From Candidatus Binatia bacterium (GTDB taxonomy: Bacteria; Desulfobacterota; Binatia; UBA9968; CAXXLF01), in NCBI GenBank assembly GCA_963664015.2, contig CAXXLF010000001.1:640001-704000 (forward strand): 64,000 nt of DNA, given 5' to 3'. A program made the translations under genes and the position numbers. Positions within the stretch are counted from its first letter, which is position 1. Every line of letters starts with the position of its first letter. Positions 11,333 to 21,439 of the stretch are shown piece after piece. A model generated the notes under the pieces. It searched no databases. It was not told where the DNA came from and saw only the letters and a program-made list of their open reading frames with translations.

Positions 11333-11374
11333 AAAAAAGAAGGGGGAGCGTTTTTCGCGCTCCCCCTTTGCTTT
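11333..11374. terminator. Bidirectional intrinsic terminator
   Basis: AAGGGGGAGCG-loop-CGCTCCCCCTT with A- and T-rich flanks, between convergent genes. Confidence 0.8.
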
Positions 11375-11401
11375 ACGTACCGTTATGTTAGAGGCAACAA
11401 A

Positions 11402-12196
11402 CTATACGGCAGCCGCTTTGGCTTTCGCTGCCTGGAAGACTCCCTCGAAGAACATGGCATAGAAATCCACCGATACATCGACCACGTATTGGGGTGAAAA
11501 ACCGGGTCTCAAGTCCACCATGCCGGTTTGCAGCAGGCGCTGCAGGACAGCCCGGTTAAAGTCGCCATGGGCCAAAACCCCCTCGTGTTCCTCCAGATCG
11601 GCCTCTTCATGGGTCTTAAAATAGTTCGCTTGAGCTAGGGGTAAGCCATACTTTTTTGTCAGGGCTTCCTTCCATTTGCCCGCCCAGTGACCGATAGGCT
11701 CTTCTGTCGCAACCGAGGACCACCACTCAAGAATCGTACCTTCATGAAGCAGACCCCGTTTGAATTCCAGGACCCCACGGCAATCGGCCATCATCTCACA
11801 GGCGATCATGTCTTCCTCTGAAAGCCCAAAGACCTTGCCCTGTTCCAACACCAACAGAACGTGGCCTGGAGGCTTCGGGTGGATATACTCATCGGCGATC
11901 TTCGCGCTAAAGCTCGCGAGCAGATCCGGATGTCTTTTAAAAAACCCAATGTGCTTCTGATAGGTCGATGCGATAATATTATTGACCTCAAAAACGTAGA
12001 AGGCCCAGTTTTGCCAGAATAAGCGGACACCCTCCATGGGAAGTGATCCCGATGTGATCGCGTTCATGAAATCGCCCTGGTTAATCTTCCTTTCCCAGCG
12101 CTCGTGCATATTCTCATAGAGGACATCCACGTAGGCCTTGGCCTCTTCAGCGCTCATCTTGTTACCCAGCTCCAATGCAGGCAGGGGCTTCGGCAT
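11402..12196 (-). CDS. Heme-oxygenase-like dimetal (HDO; CADD/PqqC/TenA-like) redox enzyme
   Basis: Helical protein with DEY...PGH, TEE and YFKTHEEADLEEH putative metal-ligand pattern. Confidence 0.7.
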   Translation of the reverse strand: MPKPLPALELGNKMSAEEAKAYVDVLYENMHERWERKINQGDFMNAITSGSLPMEGVRLFWQNWAFYVFEVNNIIASTYQKHIGFFKRHPDLLASFSAKIADEYIHPKPPGHVLLVLEQGKVFGLSEEDMIACEMMADCRGVLEFKRGLLHEGTILEWWSSVATEEPIGHWAGKWKEALTKKYGLPLAQANYFKTHEEADLEEHEGVLAHGDFNRAVLQRLLQTGMVDLRPGFSPQYVVDVSVDFYAMFFEGVFQAAKAKAAAV

Positions 12197-12352
12197 TATA
12201 ATTACCTCCTAGAGTTGGACTTTCGCCCTCCTTCAGGGCGCTAAGAAAGATTAAAACTGGAGGCGAGTATAGGGTCCAGAAGCGCAGGTTGTCAAGCTTA
12301 CCAGTCCATCCACTCATGGGACAGACAGAGAGCAGAAAATGATGATTTGTCT

Positions 12353-13642
12353 CTATGCGGATTCCAACACGCTACTTTCGTCCTTACCATCTGCGAGCAG
12401 ATGAGAAAAGCGCAACAATAGCAACAGCCCCGGGATTGCAATTAGAGTGCAGAGCACAAAAAAACCCTTCCACCCCATGGTCTCAGCAATGAAGCCTGTG
12501 GGTGCCGAGGCCAGTACTCTTGGCACGCCCATCAATCCGCTAAGCAATGCATACTGGGTGGCGGTGAATTTTTTGTTGGTTAGGCTCGCCATAAAGGCTA
12601 CATAAGCTGAAGTCCCCATACCTCCACTTAGATTTTCAAAGGCAATCACACCGGTCAGACCCACAAGGGAGTGACCCAGATGGGCTAACAGAACAAAGCC
12701 AGCCGTGGATAGGGCCTGTAGAAAGCCAAAGAGCCAAAGAGATCGATAGATGCCTAGGGACAACATCATGAGGCCCCCTAAAACACTACCGGCGATGGTT
12801 GCCCAGAATCCAAACAGTTTAACCACAGTACCGATCTCGGTTTTTGAGAACCCGATGTCGAGATAGAACGGTATAGTCATGGCGCTCGCCATGGTATCAC
12901 CGATTTTGTAGAGCAGGATGAAGGCAAGGATCACCCATGCCCCTTTGCGTGCAAAGTATTCAGCGAAGGGGGCAATCACCGCCTCCTTCATGGATTGAGG
13001 CGTGCCCTCCGTCACACGCGGTTCGTGGGCCAGCAACGTTGTGACGATTCCAACCAGCATTCCCGCGGCCATTATCTGATAAACCCATGTGAAAGATATA
13101 TAATCGGACAGAATCAGCCCACCACTGGAGGCCACTAACATGCCTACACGGTAACCATTGACATACAGAGATGAGCCGAGCCCCAGCTCCTCATCTGTGA
13201 GATCCTCCCGACGGTAGGCGTCCACAACAATATCCTGACTGGCGCTGAAAAAGGTCACGAGAAACGCCACAAAGGCCACCATCCATGGGCTTTCCGTGGG
13301 AGAGGTAAATCCCAAACCTGAGATGGAGAACATTAATGTAATTTGAACGACCACCATCCATCCGCGCCTACGACCCAGTAGGGGGCGCCCAAAGAGTGAC
13401 AAGGTATAGCGATCTAGAACTGGCGCCCAAAGAAACTTGAGGGTATAGGGGAGCCCCACCAGGGCCATCAACCCTATGACGCTCAGATCAATCCCCTCAT
13501 CTTTCATCCAGGCTTGTAAGACTGAGATAGTTAACAACAATGGCAGGCCACAGGAAAACCCCATGAGGAGTGCCACCACCATCCGGCTACTCATCAGGAT
13601 CCTAAGGACGGAGGTGAGCGAGTTGTGCTTTACGGGATTCAT
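12353..13642 (-). CDS. ampG: AmpG family muropeptide MFS transporter
   Basis: GFSCGLPLLL, LKFLWAP, SASQDIVVDAYRRE, FTATQYALL. Confidence 0.92.
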   Translation of the reverse strand: MNPVKHNSLTSVLRILMSSRMVVALLMGFSCGLPLLLTISVLQAWMKDEGIDLSVIGLMALVGLPYTLKFLWAPVLDRYTLSLFGRPLLGRRRGWMVVVQITLMFSISGLGFTSPTESPWMVAFVAFLVTFFSASQDIVVDAYRREDLTDEELGLGSSLYVNGYRVGMLVASSGGLILSDYISFTWVYQIMAAGMLVGIVTTLLAHEPRVTEGTPQSMKEAVIAPFAEYFARKGAWVILAFILLYKIGDTMASAMTIPFYLDIGFSKTEIGTVVKLFGFWATIAGSVLGGLMMLSLGIYRSLWLFGFLQALSTAGFVLLAHLGHSLVGLTGVIAFENLSGGMGTSAYVAFMASLTNKKFTATQYALLSGLMGVPRVLASAPTGFIAETMGWKGFFVLCTLIAIPGLLLLLRFSHLLADGKDESSVLESA

Positions 13643-13744
13643 GACTGCTATAGGACCGAAAGATTTTGCCAGAGAAGTGGAGGATGGATGGGATTTACCA
13701 CAATGGTATTAGCAGGCTTTTCTGCGGGATCCGCCGTTCGATCT

Positions 13745-14158
13745 TTACCCGAGGACTCTCTTTCTTGCCAGGTTTGGATCGCAATCAGACCCAGCGTCTT
13801 GGGTTATCAATGGGCGGAGGTATTCGGTATGGGAAAGCCATGCGCTACGAACTTCCTCCGAGACCTCATACTCCTCCAGGGTTTCCTTCAGGATCTGCAG
13901 CCTGCGCATAAACTGCCCACCCATGATGGGGTGCTTGGCATGGGCCTCTTGCAGCGACTTTCCCTTGTATTCCATATCCGCCCCAAGAAACTGCGCGGTG
14001 AGCTGAAACTCCATTTCCTTGATTCGGTCCTTGTCCGCTCCACGAAAGAAAAACCCTATCATCCGGTCGGCAAAGACCCGGTCAATAAATATATCGATAA
14101 TTTCCCTCAACTTGGCCTCTCCGCCAATTTTGTTATAGAGCGTTGTGGTCATATGCAT
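13745..14158 (-). CDS. Group 1 truncated hemoglobin
   Basis: TLYNKIGG, FLGA...YKGKSLQEAH; start uncertain (14152-14167). Confidence 0.85.
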   Translation of the reverse strand: MHMTTTLYNKIGGEAKLREIIDIFIDRVFADRMIGFFFRGADKDRIKEMEFQLTAQFLGADMEYKGKSLQEAHAKHPIMGGQFMRRLQILKETLEEYEVSEEVRSAWLSHTEYLRPLITQDAGSDCDPNLARKRVLG

Positions 14159-14548
14159 TTTTTTCAAATTAAAAACTTTCCTATTTCTCCGAACTTGGCG
14201 TGCTTTGCGTCTTGGCGCGAGTCATCTTTCCCCGATTAGATAATCATAGTTTCAAGTGGACAAATGCCCATTCTTAGCTGGATTGTATACCAATTACATT
14301 GGAGCGTCACTCCATTTTTTACTGGGTTGTTGCCATCTCGGCCGAACATAAAGGGTTTAAATTGCAGCTTTCCCCCGTTTGGAGTAAAATAATCTTAATT
14401 CTTTGGGAGCGTTAGCTCGACTTGGGCACCTTCGGCGGTAGGCGCGTAAGGCATCGAAAAGCAAAGTAAATATGAAGATTTGAGCCCTTCGGATGGGATG
14501 TAATAGCTCAAGCCATCCGGCAAGGATCCAACCTCCGTAGAGGAGATC

Positions 14549-14914
14549 ATGACGGCCAAGGTCCTCACCCTTTTGCCCAGCAATTCCCTCAACGACGCCA
14601 TCGCCATGATGGCAAACAACACCTTCCGACATTTCATTGTTGTGGAGCTCGACGGCCAACTTGCTGGAGTCGTTTCAGACCGTGATCTTTTACGCGCCAT
14701 GAATCACAGGCGGGACTGCGCGGACTTGAAGATCAGCGAGTTCATGACCCATGAGATAGTCACCGTCCGCAAAGAAACCGCACTTTCCGAGGCTGTGGAG
14801 CAAATCATTACGCGTCGTATCAACTGCTTACCTGTAGTCGACGACAAGAACCGGGTGTGTGGCATTGTAACCTCGACGGACCTCCTCCAGGTTCTTCAAA
14901 AACACCTCGCGTAG
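14549..14914 (+). CDS. CBS domain pair protein
   Basis: GVVSDRDL, ISEFMT, CLPVVD, GIVTSTDL. Confidence 0.88.
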   Translation: MTAKVLTLLPSNSLNDAIAMMANNTFRHFIVVELDGQLAGVVSDRDLLRAMNHRRDCADLKISEFMTHEIVTVRKETALSEAVEQIITRRINCLPVVDDKNRVCGIVTSTDLLQVLQKHLA

Positions 14915-15025
14915 TCCTTCGCTATTTTTCTTCCAGCTTATCCGCTCTCATAGAAAACTTTAGGCTTAAGCGCCTCGAGGAAGGCTCTGAATAGACGCCC
15001 AGTCCGTTGAGGGTCTAAAAGTTTT

Positions 15026-15115
15026 TGGCGGAGGGGGCGAGATTCGAACTCGCGGACCACGCAAATGGTCGCCGGTTTTCAAGACCGGTGGTTTAAACCA
15101 CTCACCCACCCCTCC
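15026..15115 (-). tRNA. tRNA-Ser (anticodon TGA)
   Basis: GGAGGGG/CCCCTCC acceptor stem, CCGGTC-TTGAAA-ACCGG anticodon arm, long variable arm, GTTCGAATC, encoded CCA. Confidence 0.96.
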
Positions 15116-15576
15116 GTGCAATAGAAACAGCTACTAGAAGCAATACCTGCCTGTACCTTATTTTCATTTTTAAACGTATTTAAAATTCTCTGGAACGCAG
15201 CCAGTATATCACCGTCCTGCAAGTTGGTGTACCTACCGTGCATTCCGGGTACCTTATGGCCGCTCGCTACCAGGGCCACCTCCCACGGTAGGCCCGCTAC
15301 CGCCCAACGGGTAATGGCGGTGTGCCGGAAGTCGTGCCAGCGGAAGTCCTCAACCTCCGCAACAGCCAAGGCGTTCTCAAAAGCGTACCTTAAGGCGTTG
15401 CTGCTAAGGGGCAACCCCTCTTTGGTAAACACCCGGTTGACTAAATTGGGAATCCTTCGCTGCTCCGCCCTTAGCTCGTCTAATACTGCCGCCAGAGGGG
15501 GCGCTACGGCTACCGTTTGCTTGGCGCTGGTCTTACTACGACCACCATTTACCTTATGGTAATAAAGCCGCTGCAA
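15079..15576 (-). pseudogene. Tyrosine recombinase/integrase, C-terminal remnant
   Basis: FRWHDFRHT (HxxR), SGH and RY catalytic residues present; N-terminal domains absent. Confidence 0.88.
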
Positions 15577-15798
15577 TTAGTTTTTTGCGAAGCCTCTAAT
15601 TATAAGTCAACCTAGAGCCAGAAAGAGATTTTATGCAACGCAAAAAGGCCGCACAACAGTCTTTATCGCAGAAACCCAAATTGGCGCAAATGTGAATAGG
15701 GATATCGACCAAACCAGTAATAGCCGGTGAATCTAGGAGCTGGTGGTGTGCTCCTAAATCCGCTTCAATAAATGATGTTATAGTGCTGCATACCTTAC

Positions 15799-16923
15799 TT
15801 AATATCCGCCGAGCTCTTTCAGTAGCTTGCGGTGGTACTGTTGTGCCGCGAGACGCTCAGTAGTCTTCTTCCAGTCGTACCAGTTATTGCCCTTGGGGTC
15901 GATCCGGTCGTCTGGGCTCACGTCGTCCTTGGGGATGTCTGTTCTGAGGGAGTTGTCGCCGGTGATCCTCTGGTATAGTATCTGGCCTTCCCGGCTCAGG
16001 AACCAGTTACCGAAGTACCTTGCCGCATTGGGGTGAGGGGCCTTTGTCAAAGCCTGAAAACCCCGGCCTCCCATACCCACCTGCACACCCTCTGGGAAGG
16101 TCTTTTCCAGGGCCCTCACGGGTAGGCCGTCTCGCCTGGCAGCTCTCACCGCCCTTTGGAATCCGTAAATGCCAACGAGGAACCGCCCTTGAGCCAGCCA
16201 CTCTGCACCTGTGCGAGCGTCCGGCGCAATGACAATCTTTTGCGTGCTCCACATCTTCCGGACCCACTCCTTACCCACCATTTCGACAAGAAAACCCGCC
16301 GGACCGGTCGTGCCTGATATTCGGGGGTCTCTCGCCAGGATCTTGCCCTTCCACTTGGGATTCAGCAGGTCCTGAAAGGATTTGAAATCGTCGGGGTTCA
16401 CCCGCTTGGTGTTGTACCAGACCTGAGGGTCCGGGTCCGCCCCGTAGGCCCACTGCCGCTCTTGCTCGGGGTCGGCATACGGGAAACCATTTCCAAACCA
16501 AACACCGGGGTCCCCTACCACCTCCGGGTGGAACAGGTAATCCGGCTGCAGCTTCTCGACGGCACCGTGGGGAATGAGCAGCGTGTAGACCGACGAGGGA
16601 CCGCTCAGCCACAGGTCTGTTGTGTACCTGCCCGCTCCGCGTTCCACGAGGAGCTTCGGGATCAGTTTTCGAGAGCTACCTGTGATGATCTCCAGCTTTA
16701 TTCCAAGGATTTTCTCAAACTCTGCTCGGTGCAGGCGAAAGGCCCGCGCCTCGGACGGGCCGATCTTAAACACCACCCGGCCTTCCTTCTGCGCCGCAGC
16801 CTTCAGAGCCGCCCACTTTTCCGTGAAATTGGTCGCCTGCGCTGCTGCAGGCTGGGGAGTAGCATAAGCCACCATGAGCAACGCCGCCGTCAATACTCCA
16901 GCTAAGACAAATCTTTTGAACAT
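15799..16923 (-). CDS. Extracellular solute-binding protein (ABC type)
   Basis: Signal peptide, DLLNPKWKGKI, KAPHPNAA...WFLSREGQ. Confidence 0.85.
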   Translation of the reverse strand: MFKRFVLAGVLTAALLMVAYATPQPAAAQATNFTEKWAALKAAAQKEGRVVFKIGPSEARAFRLHRAEFEKILGIKLEIITGSSRKLIPKLLVERGAGRYTTDLWLSGPSSVYTLLIPHGAVEKLQPDYLFHPEVVGDPGVWFGNGFPYADPEQERQWAYGADPDPQVWYNTKRVNPDDFKSFQDLLNPKWKGKILARDPRISGTTGPAGFLVEMVGKEWVRKMWSTQKIVIAPDARTGAEWLAQGRFLVGIYGFQRAVRAARRDGLPVRALEKTFPEGVQVGMGGRGFQALTKAPHPNAARYFGNWFLSREGQILYQRITGDNSLRTDIPKDDVSPDDRIDPKGNNWYDWKKTTERLAAQQYHRKLLKELGGY

Positions 16924-17041
16924 CAGTACAACCTCCTGATCGTTTTTGGTTTACCCATTCGCATCTGCTCGGTCCCTGGGAGTTAGTCCACACCAGTTAC
17001 TCTACGTCTTGCCTGGTCGAGTCTTCCTGAAATCGGGGAGG

Positions 17042-17103
17042 ACTCTAGTACACCTTGTTGGTCGGTGTCAACCCTCATCCGGTTAAGACGGTTTGGTCTT
17101 AAC
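17042..17103 (-). promoter_or_regulatory. Sigma70-like promoter plus palindromic operator for the solute-binding protein gene
   Basis: TTGACA-N18-TAGAGT on - strand; GTTAAGAC-N6-GTCTTAAC at 17082-17103. Confidence 0.5.
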
Positions 17104-17628
17104 AACGCTTTTTGGATCGGGGTCAGTGAGTAGTGAGTAGGGTCACCAGGAGGGTCAGGTCTATGGATTGTTGTTTTTCCGAACGACAAGCTTACCACAA
17201 TCAAACATTGAAATCGGGATGGGCCTCAGCACGACCCTTTTTCCTTTTTCTAAGGTCCGACCAGAGGCCAACTCGTGACCGGTTTGCATGCATGGGCTGG
17301 ACATCTAACCCCAACTGAGTTAATAATCGCCGCATCTGGTGTTGCGGATTCCGTTCCGCGCGCCCCGTAGGGACACCCCATGCACCTCGGGGCCGGACAC
17401 TCAACCTAAAATAGTTAGGGAGGCCTTAATTGTCATTTGCCCAGAAATAGGCTGCGGGTTGATATAGGGAGATAGGCCACCGAACCCGGCAGTGTTTGTC
17501 GGCCAGAAAGATCTTGACAAGTTAAGGTAATGGATGGACATTGCGACCGATTCATGTTTGATAAGTAGAGCCGTTCTCGGAGATAAACCGACCGGCATTT
17601 GTCGCCGCCTAAAGCGGCTCACTTAATA

Positions 17629-18348
17629 GTTAGATTAAACTTCCCATGTTATCGGGAGTATCGTTAGGGTTGCTTTTGATAATTTCCACATTATGAATTG
17701 TTTCTATTCAATCTTAAACATACGTCTCCAATTTAGTGGGACGTTCCAATTATTTCTAGAGAGGTAAATACCATGCTTTATGAACTGACGGTTATACAGT
17801 TTAGTAAAATGCTTAAAAACTTAAGTGCCATACTTGAAAAAGGAGAAATCTTCGCGGAAACAAAAAAGATTGATGTCAACATTCTGCTTAATTCACGTTT
17901 AGCAGTAGATCAATTTAATTTGACCCGCCAAATACAAATTGCGTGTGACACCGCCAAGTTGGGCGTTGCACGTTTGGCAGGCAAAGAAGATACAGCCCCA
18001 AAACACGAAAATGGTGAAGCTACTATTCCTGAGCTACAAGAGCGTATCCACTCTGTATTGGATTATTTGTCTGGCTTTACCCGCGAAGACTTTGCGATAG
18101 CTGAGATACAAAAAATCACTCAACCACGTTGGGAAGGAAAGTATCTGACTGGCCTAGAGTTTGCCATTGAGGATGCTATTCCCAATATATGCTTCCACGT
18201 TACTACCGCTTACTCAATTTTGCGTCACAACGGCGTAGAAATTGGTAAAAAAGATTACTTAGGTACCATGCCTTACAAGTCTTAATTTTACTGATTTTTA
18301 ATCTAACAAAGCATTGCACCGGACAAGCCGGTGAACGCGGCATTACAA
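17629..18348 (+). mobile_element. Integron-type gene cassette with degenerate attC
   Basis: Begins with GTTAGAT (17629); exact complement ATCTAAC (18301) just after the stop opens a CACCGG...CCGGTG hairpin; R' box degenerate. Confidence 0.7.
17773..18285 (+). CDS. DUF1993 family protein
   Basis: LLNSRLAVDQFNLTRQIQIACD, PN..FHVTTAYSILRHNGVEIGKKDYLG; low GC. Confidence 0.9.
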   Translation: MLYELTVIQFSKMLKNLSAILEKGEIFAETKKIDVNILLNSRLAVDQFNLTRQIQIACDTAKLGVARLAGKEDTAPKHENGEATIPELQERIHSVLDYLSGFTREDFAIAEIQKITQPRWEGKYLTGLEFAIEDAIPNICFHVTTAYSILRHNGVEIGKKDYLGTMPYKS

Positions 18349-18363
18349 TCCCCACCAATTAAC

Positions 18364-18473
18364 ACCCCAGAACGCAATTAAACGACGCTTTAATTGAGTC
18401 TTATCAGGTCCCTTGACACAGCCCACCACCAGCGATAAAGGTCCTGGTATGGCAAGCAATAAACCCAAACCCC
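18364..18473 (+). repeat. ~110 bp inverted repeat, left copy (partner 22291-22399)
   Basis: Contains site 1, TTGACA and ATGGCA...CCAAA; aligns with the reverse complement of 22291-22399. Confidence 0.85.
18372..18399. repeat. Palindromic 11-6-11 site 1
   Basis: ACGCAATTAAA-CGACGC-TTTAATTGAGT. Confidence 0.85.
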
Positions 18474-18683
18474 GAGGATAATCCTTCAGCCTGGATCACT
18501 AGAGATACGTGGATTTGATACGTCGGCACTGTCCAGCGAGGACTGTTTGCAAAGGATCAAATGGCTTGCCGACAAGATAGCCGAGTCTCAGCGTTTTGGA
18601 AGGCCAGCCGCGAGAAAGCCTGCCCTAATGGTTGCCCTTCTCTGCTGGTACGCATTTTCAGCTTCCATACAGGGGAGTAAGTT

Positions 18684-19124
18684 ATGGTAAATCGTATAGT
18701 TTATGGAGCCTTAGCGGGTTTTATTATATGCGCGATATCATCGTGCACAACTTACACCAAGAACGGGTATTTTGGTGGTTTCGATGAAACCCGCCTTGGA
18801 AAAGATATCTGGAGAGTAGATGCTCGGGGGAATAAGTATGCAAGTAGTGCCTTGATCGCGAATATGGTCATGTTGCGAAGTGCGGATCTTGCGACTCAAA
18901 ATGGGTTTAGTTATTTTGCATTCGCATCTGGGTCAACGGCTTCTAAGACGAGCCTTCATCATTTCGGGAAGCGTTTAACTTTCTATTCAAAACCGGAAGC
19001 AGAAAATACTGTTATTATGTTCAAGCGAAAACCCGCCGATTTTAAAGGCCTGATATACGAAGCGTCTTTTATTTGCGAAAGTCTCGGAACAAAATTGGGA
19101 GCTACGTGCGGCGAAATAAAATAG
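18684..19124 (+). CDS. Putative lipoprotein (CC0125/CC1285-like)
   Basis: Lipobox ISSC, GGFDETRLGKD.WRV..RGN, LRSADLA..NGFSYF. Confidence 0.7.
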   Translation: MVNRIVYGALAGFIICAISSCTTYTKNGYFGGFDETRLGKDIWRVDARGNKYASSALIANMVMLRSADLATQNGFSYFAFASGSTASKTSLHHFGKRLTFYSKPEAENTVIMFKRKPADFKGLIYEASFICESLGTKLGATCGEIK

Positions 19125-19152
19125 AAATAAATATCTCTGGCGCTATTCCACC

Positions 19153-19640
19153 TCACCCTGTGTATTCATTACGGACGCACTTACGGGCAAGGTCTTGTGC
19201 TTTTTCAAGTTGGGATGGGGTCATTCTCTTCGCAACCAAATCTCTCAACTCCCCCCCCCTTCATTTCCATTAGACGCAGCGATATTCCCCCACATATGGG
19301 CATAGACATAGTCCTGTAGAACACCTAGTCCCTTGCGGTACATCAGACCCAGATTGGACTGGGCCTTCGCATACCCCTGTTCGGCAGCAAGTTTATACCA
19401 CTTCACCGCAGTCTTATAGTCCTGGAGAACGCCTAGTCCCTTGTCGTACATCAAACCCAGATTGGACTGGGCAGAGGCATACCCCTGTTCGGCAAGGGGT
19501 TTCCATTCACGCAGAGCAGTTGCGTAGTCACCTTTGGCGAGAGCAGAAAGTCCCTTTTGGTAATCAGCACTCCAACTTACCCCTGTACTTCCAAGAAGCA
19601 CGACAATGGTCAGGCAGATGGTGGCGGTCAGGCGTTTCAT
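19153..19640 (-). pseudogene. Sel1-repeat protein, frameshifted at a G9 tract
   Basis: Two AQSNLGLMY..GLGV.QDY repeats; C-terminus LRDLVAKRMTPSQLEKAQDLAR lies in another frame after poly-G 19251-19259. Confidence 0.8.
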
Positions 19641-19911
19641 AGGAAACAGACTTACATAAAATGGGGGATTTGGGTAGTCAGGATGGAATTCTACTCAACA
19701 TCCTTATATATTTCTTGCGGACGCACTCACGGGCAAGTTTTATCGCTTTCCAGCAGGATGTCAAGTTGGTACCTTCTCTTGGGATTAGTGGTAACCTGTT
19801 GTTGAACCCATACACCCCTGCCTCATCAGTAGGGGGGTTCATTTATCCAGTATCGTTTAATTGGCGCATATGGTATATCGATTTCACCAATGAGACGAAT
19901 AAGGAGATAAT

Positions 19912-20301
19912 ATGAGAAATCTCACACTGGCAACACTTGCTGTTCTTGTACTCACAACTGGATGCAGTAGTATGGGACCAAATCAACAGGTGGGTTATGC
20001 AACTGGTGCTGTTGTAGGTGGACTACTAGGAAACACTATAGGTAAGGGTGATGGACGAACTGCATCTACAGCAATCGGGGCAGTCCTTGGTACGGTGGTG
20101 GGTGGTGAAGTTGGGAAATCTATGGACACCCAACGTTCCACTCATAGCACAACTGCCTCCGTTCACTCACCGTATGATGTCTGTTCTCGTTATTCTAACG
20201 AAGGTGCCAAATCCTCTTGCAAGAAAGGTGTTTCAGACAAGTTGAGAGAGGAGCAACAGAGAATGGAGAGAAATGCATATGACAGAGGTTATGGACGATA
20301 G
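19912..20301 (+). CDS. Glycine-zipper 2TM lipoprotein
   Basis: TTGC lipobox, GAVVGGLLGNTIGKGDG...GAVLGTVVGGEVG; AAGGAG RBS. Confidence 0.85.
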   Translation: MRNLTLATLAVLVLTTGCSSMGPNQQVGYATGAVVGGLLGNTIGKGDGRTASTAIGAVLGTVVGGEVGKSMDTQRSTHSTTASVHSPYDVCSRYSNEGAKSSCKKGVSDKLREEQQRMERNAYDRGYGR

Positions 20302-20307
20302 AAGACC

Positions 20308-20466
20308 GTGGAAGGACTATTAGTCTTACTCTTCATTGGATGGTTGGTGTGGGAACTCCTGTCATCTCCCATCACATCTCTTGCCCCCATCGGGAAGGGA
20401 CTAGGATTATTGATTTTAGGAATGGGTGCAGTGGTGGGTATGGTGGTACTGGTGTTGACCACATAA
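20308..20466 (+). CDS. Small two-TM membrane protein (52 aa)
   Basis: Manual translation MEGLLVLLFIGWLVWELL...GLGLLILGMGAVVGMVVLVLTT, directly after the lipoprotein gene. Confidence 0.5.
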   Translation: MEGLLVLLFIGWLVWELLSSPITSLAPIGKGLGLLILGMGAVVGMVVLVLTT

Positions 20467-21044
20467 GCACCCCCCCATAAATCTCAACATCCTTTGTTCA
20501 TTTAACCAGTAGATGTACCTTAATCGTCTAGTTGGTCAACACCAGCTCCTACAGCACATTTCCGTATAGGAGGCACCCTGCCGATCAAATCTACCCCTGG
20601 TTCATCATTACCCTGAACACTCTGGCAGTCTCAGCCAACATGGCCTTGGGAAGGTGCTCCTCGTAGAGGCATCTTCTCATGGCAAAATCTGGCGAACAGG
20701 TTTCCGAACAGAAGTGACCCTGAATGAGACCTGGGCGGGTTGGATGGTTACGGGGTAGGCTAGTTGTCCTATGAACTCAGACGCCAGCATCCTAGCCTCA
20801 GTGCCTTAGGTTAAAGGGGTTGTTGCCTGCCTGGATCGTCCCTCACGAGCTGAGACCTCAGCCCTTGAGGCCCTCAGCAGGAATCTCATCACCTTCGATG
20901 GTATACCGAATACGTGGTCATGTGGAGGCCGAAACGCCTCTTCTGGTCTCACCACGACGGTGCAGAAAGGCGAAGACTCGATGTTCACCGCCAGATGCCA
21001 GCCGAGTAGTGGTGAGCAGTGGGATGGAGCATCCTGTTGGGTGG

Positions 21045-21439
21045 CTAATCAAGATACTTAATGACTGCGAATGTGGTAAAATTAGTACGGGCTGCCATAG
21101 AAATGGAGCCACTGGTGAGGAACCCATCTATCTGTGACTGATTGCTAAGTAGGATGACAGCATCACCACCCACTTCACGAGCCTTTTTCACAATATCGCT
21201 TCGGAACTGTGACATTGCAATCCATCCGGAGCGGCGCGCATCATCAATGATGCCGAGAATCTTGTAGCTCCGAGGAGGCTCGCCGTTAGCCCAAAACTCC
21301 ATTCCGTCAACCACCTCCTTGGTACCGCCCGTACCCTCGTAAAGGTTTTTTTAGCCTCCCAACGCCTGTACTCCGTTGTGGCACAGCCTCCAACGAGTGA
21401 CAGCACGAGGACTGAAAGGAACACGAGTATTGTTTTCAT
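21045..21439 (-). pseudogene. Putative lipoprotein, frameshifted at an A7 tract
   Basis: MKTILVFLSVLVLSLVGGC signal continues as NLYEGTGGTKEVVDGMEFW...AREVGGDAVIL after 21346-21352. Confidence 0.7.

Noticed and set aside
17302-17420. Additional attC (ATCTAAC ... GTTAGGG)
   Set aside because: Core boxes are present, but I could not see a convincing hairpin or an associated ORF.
19850-19866. Fifth palindromic site (TCGTTTAATTG)
   Set aside because: Only a half-site; a similar match occurs outside the island near 40743, so chance is likely. The half-match near 25768 was treated the same way.
20470-21040. Short ORFs in the island interior
   Set aside because: No RBS, motifs or consistent frame; likely decayed DNA that I could not assign.
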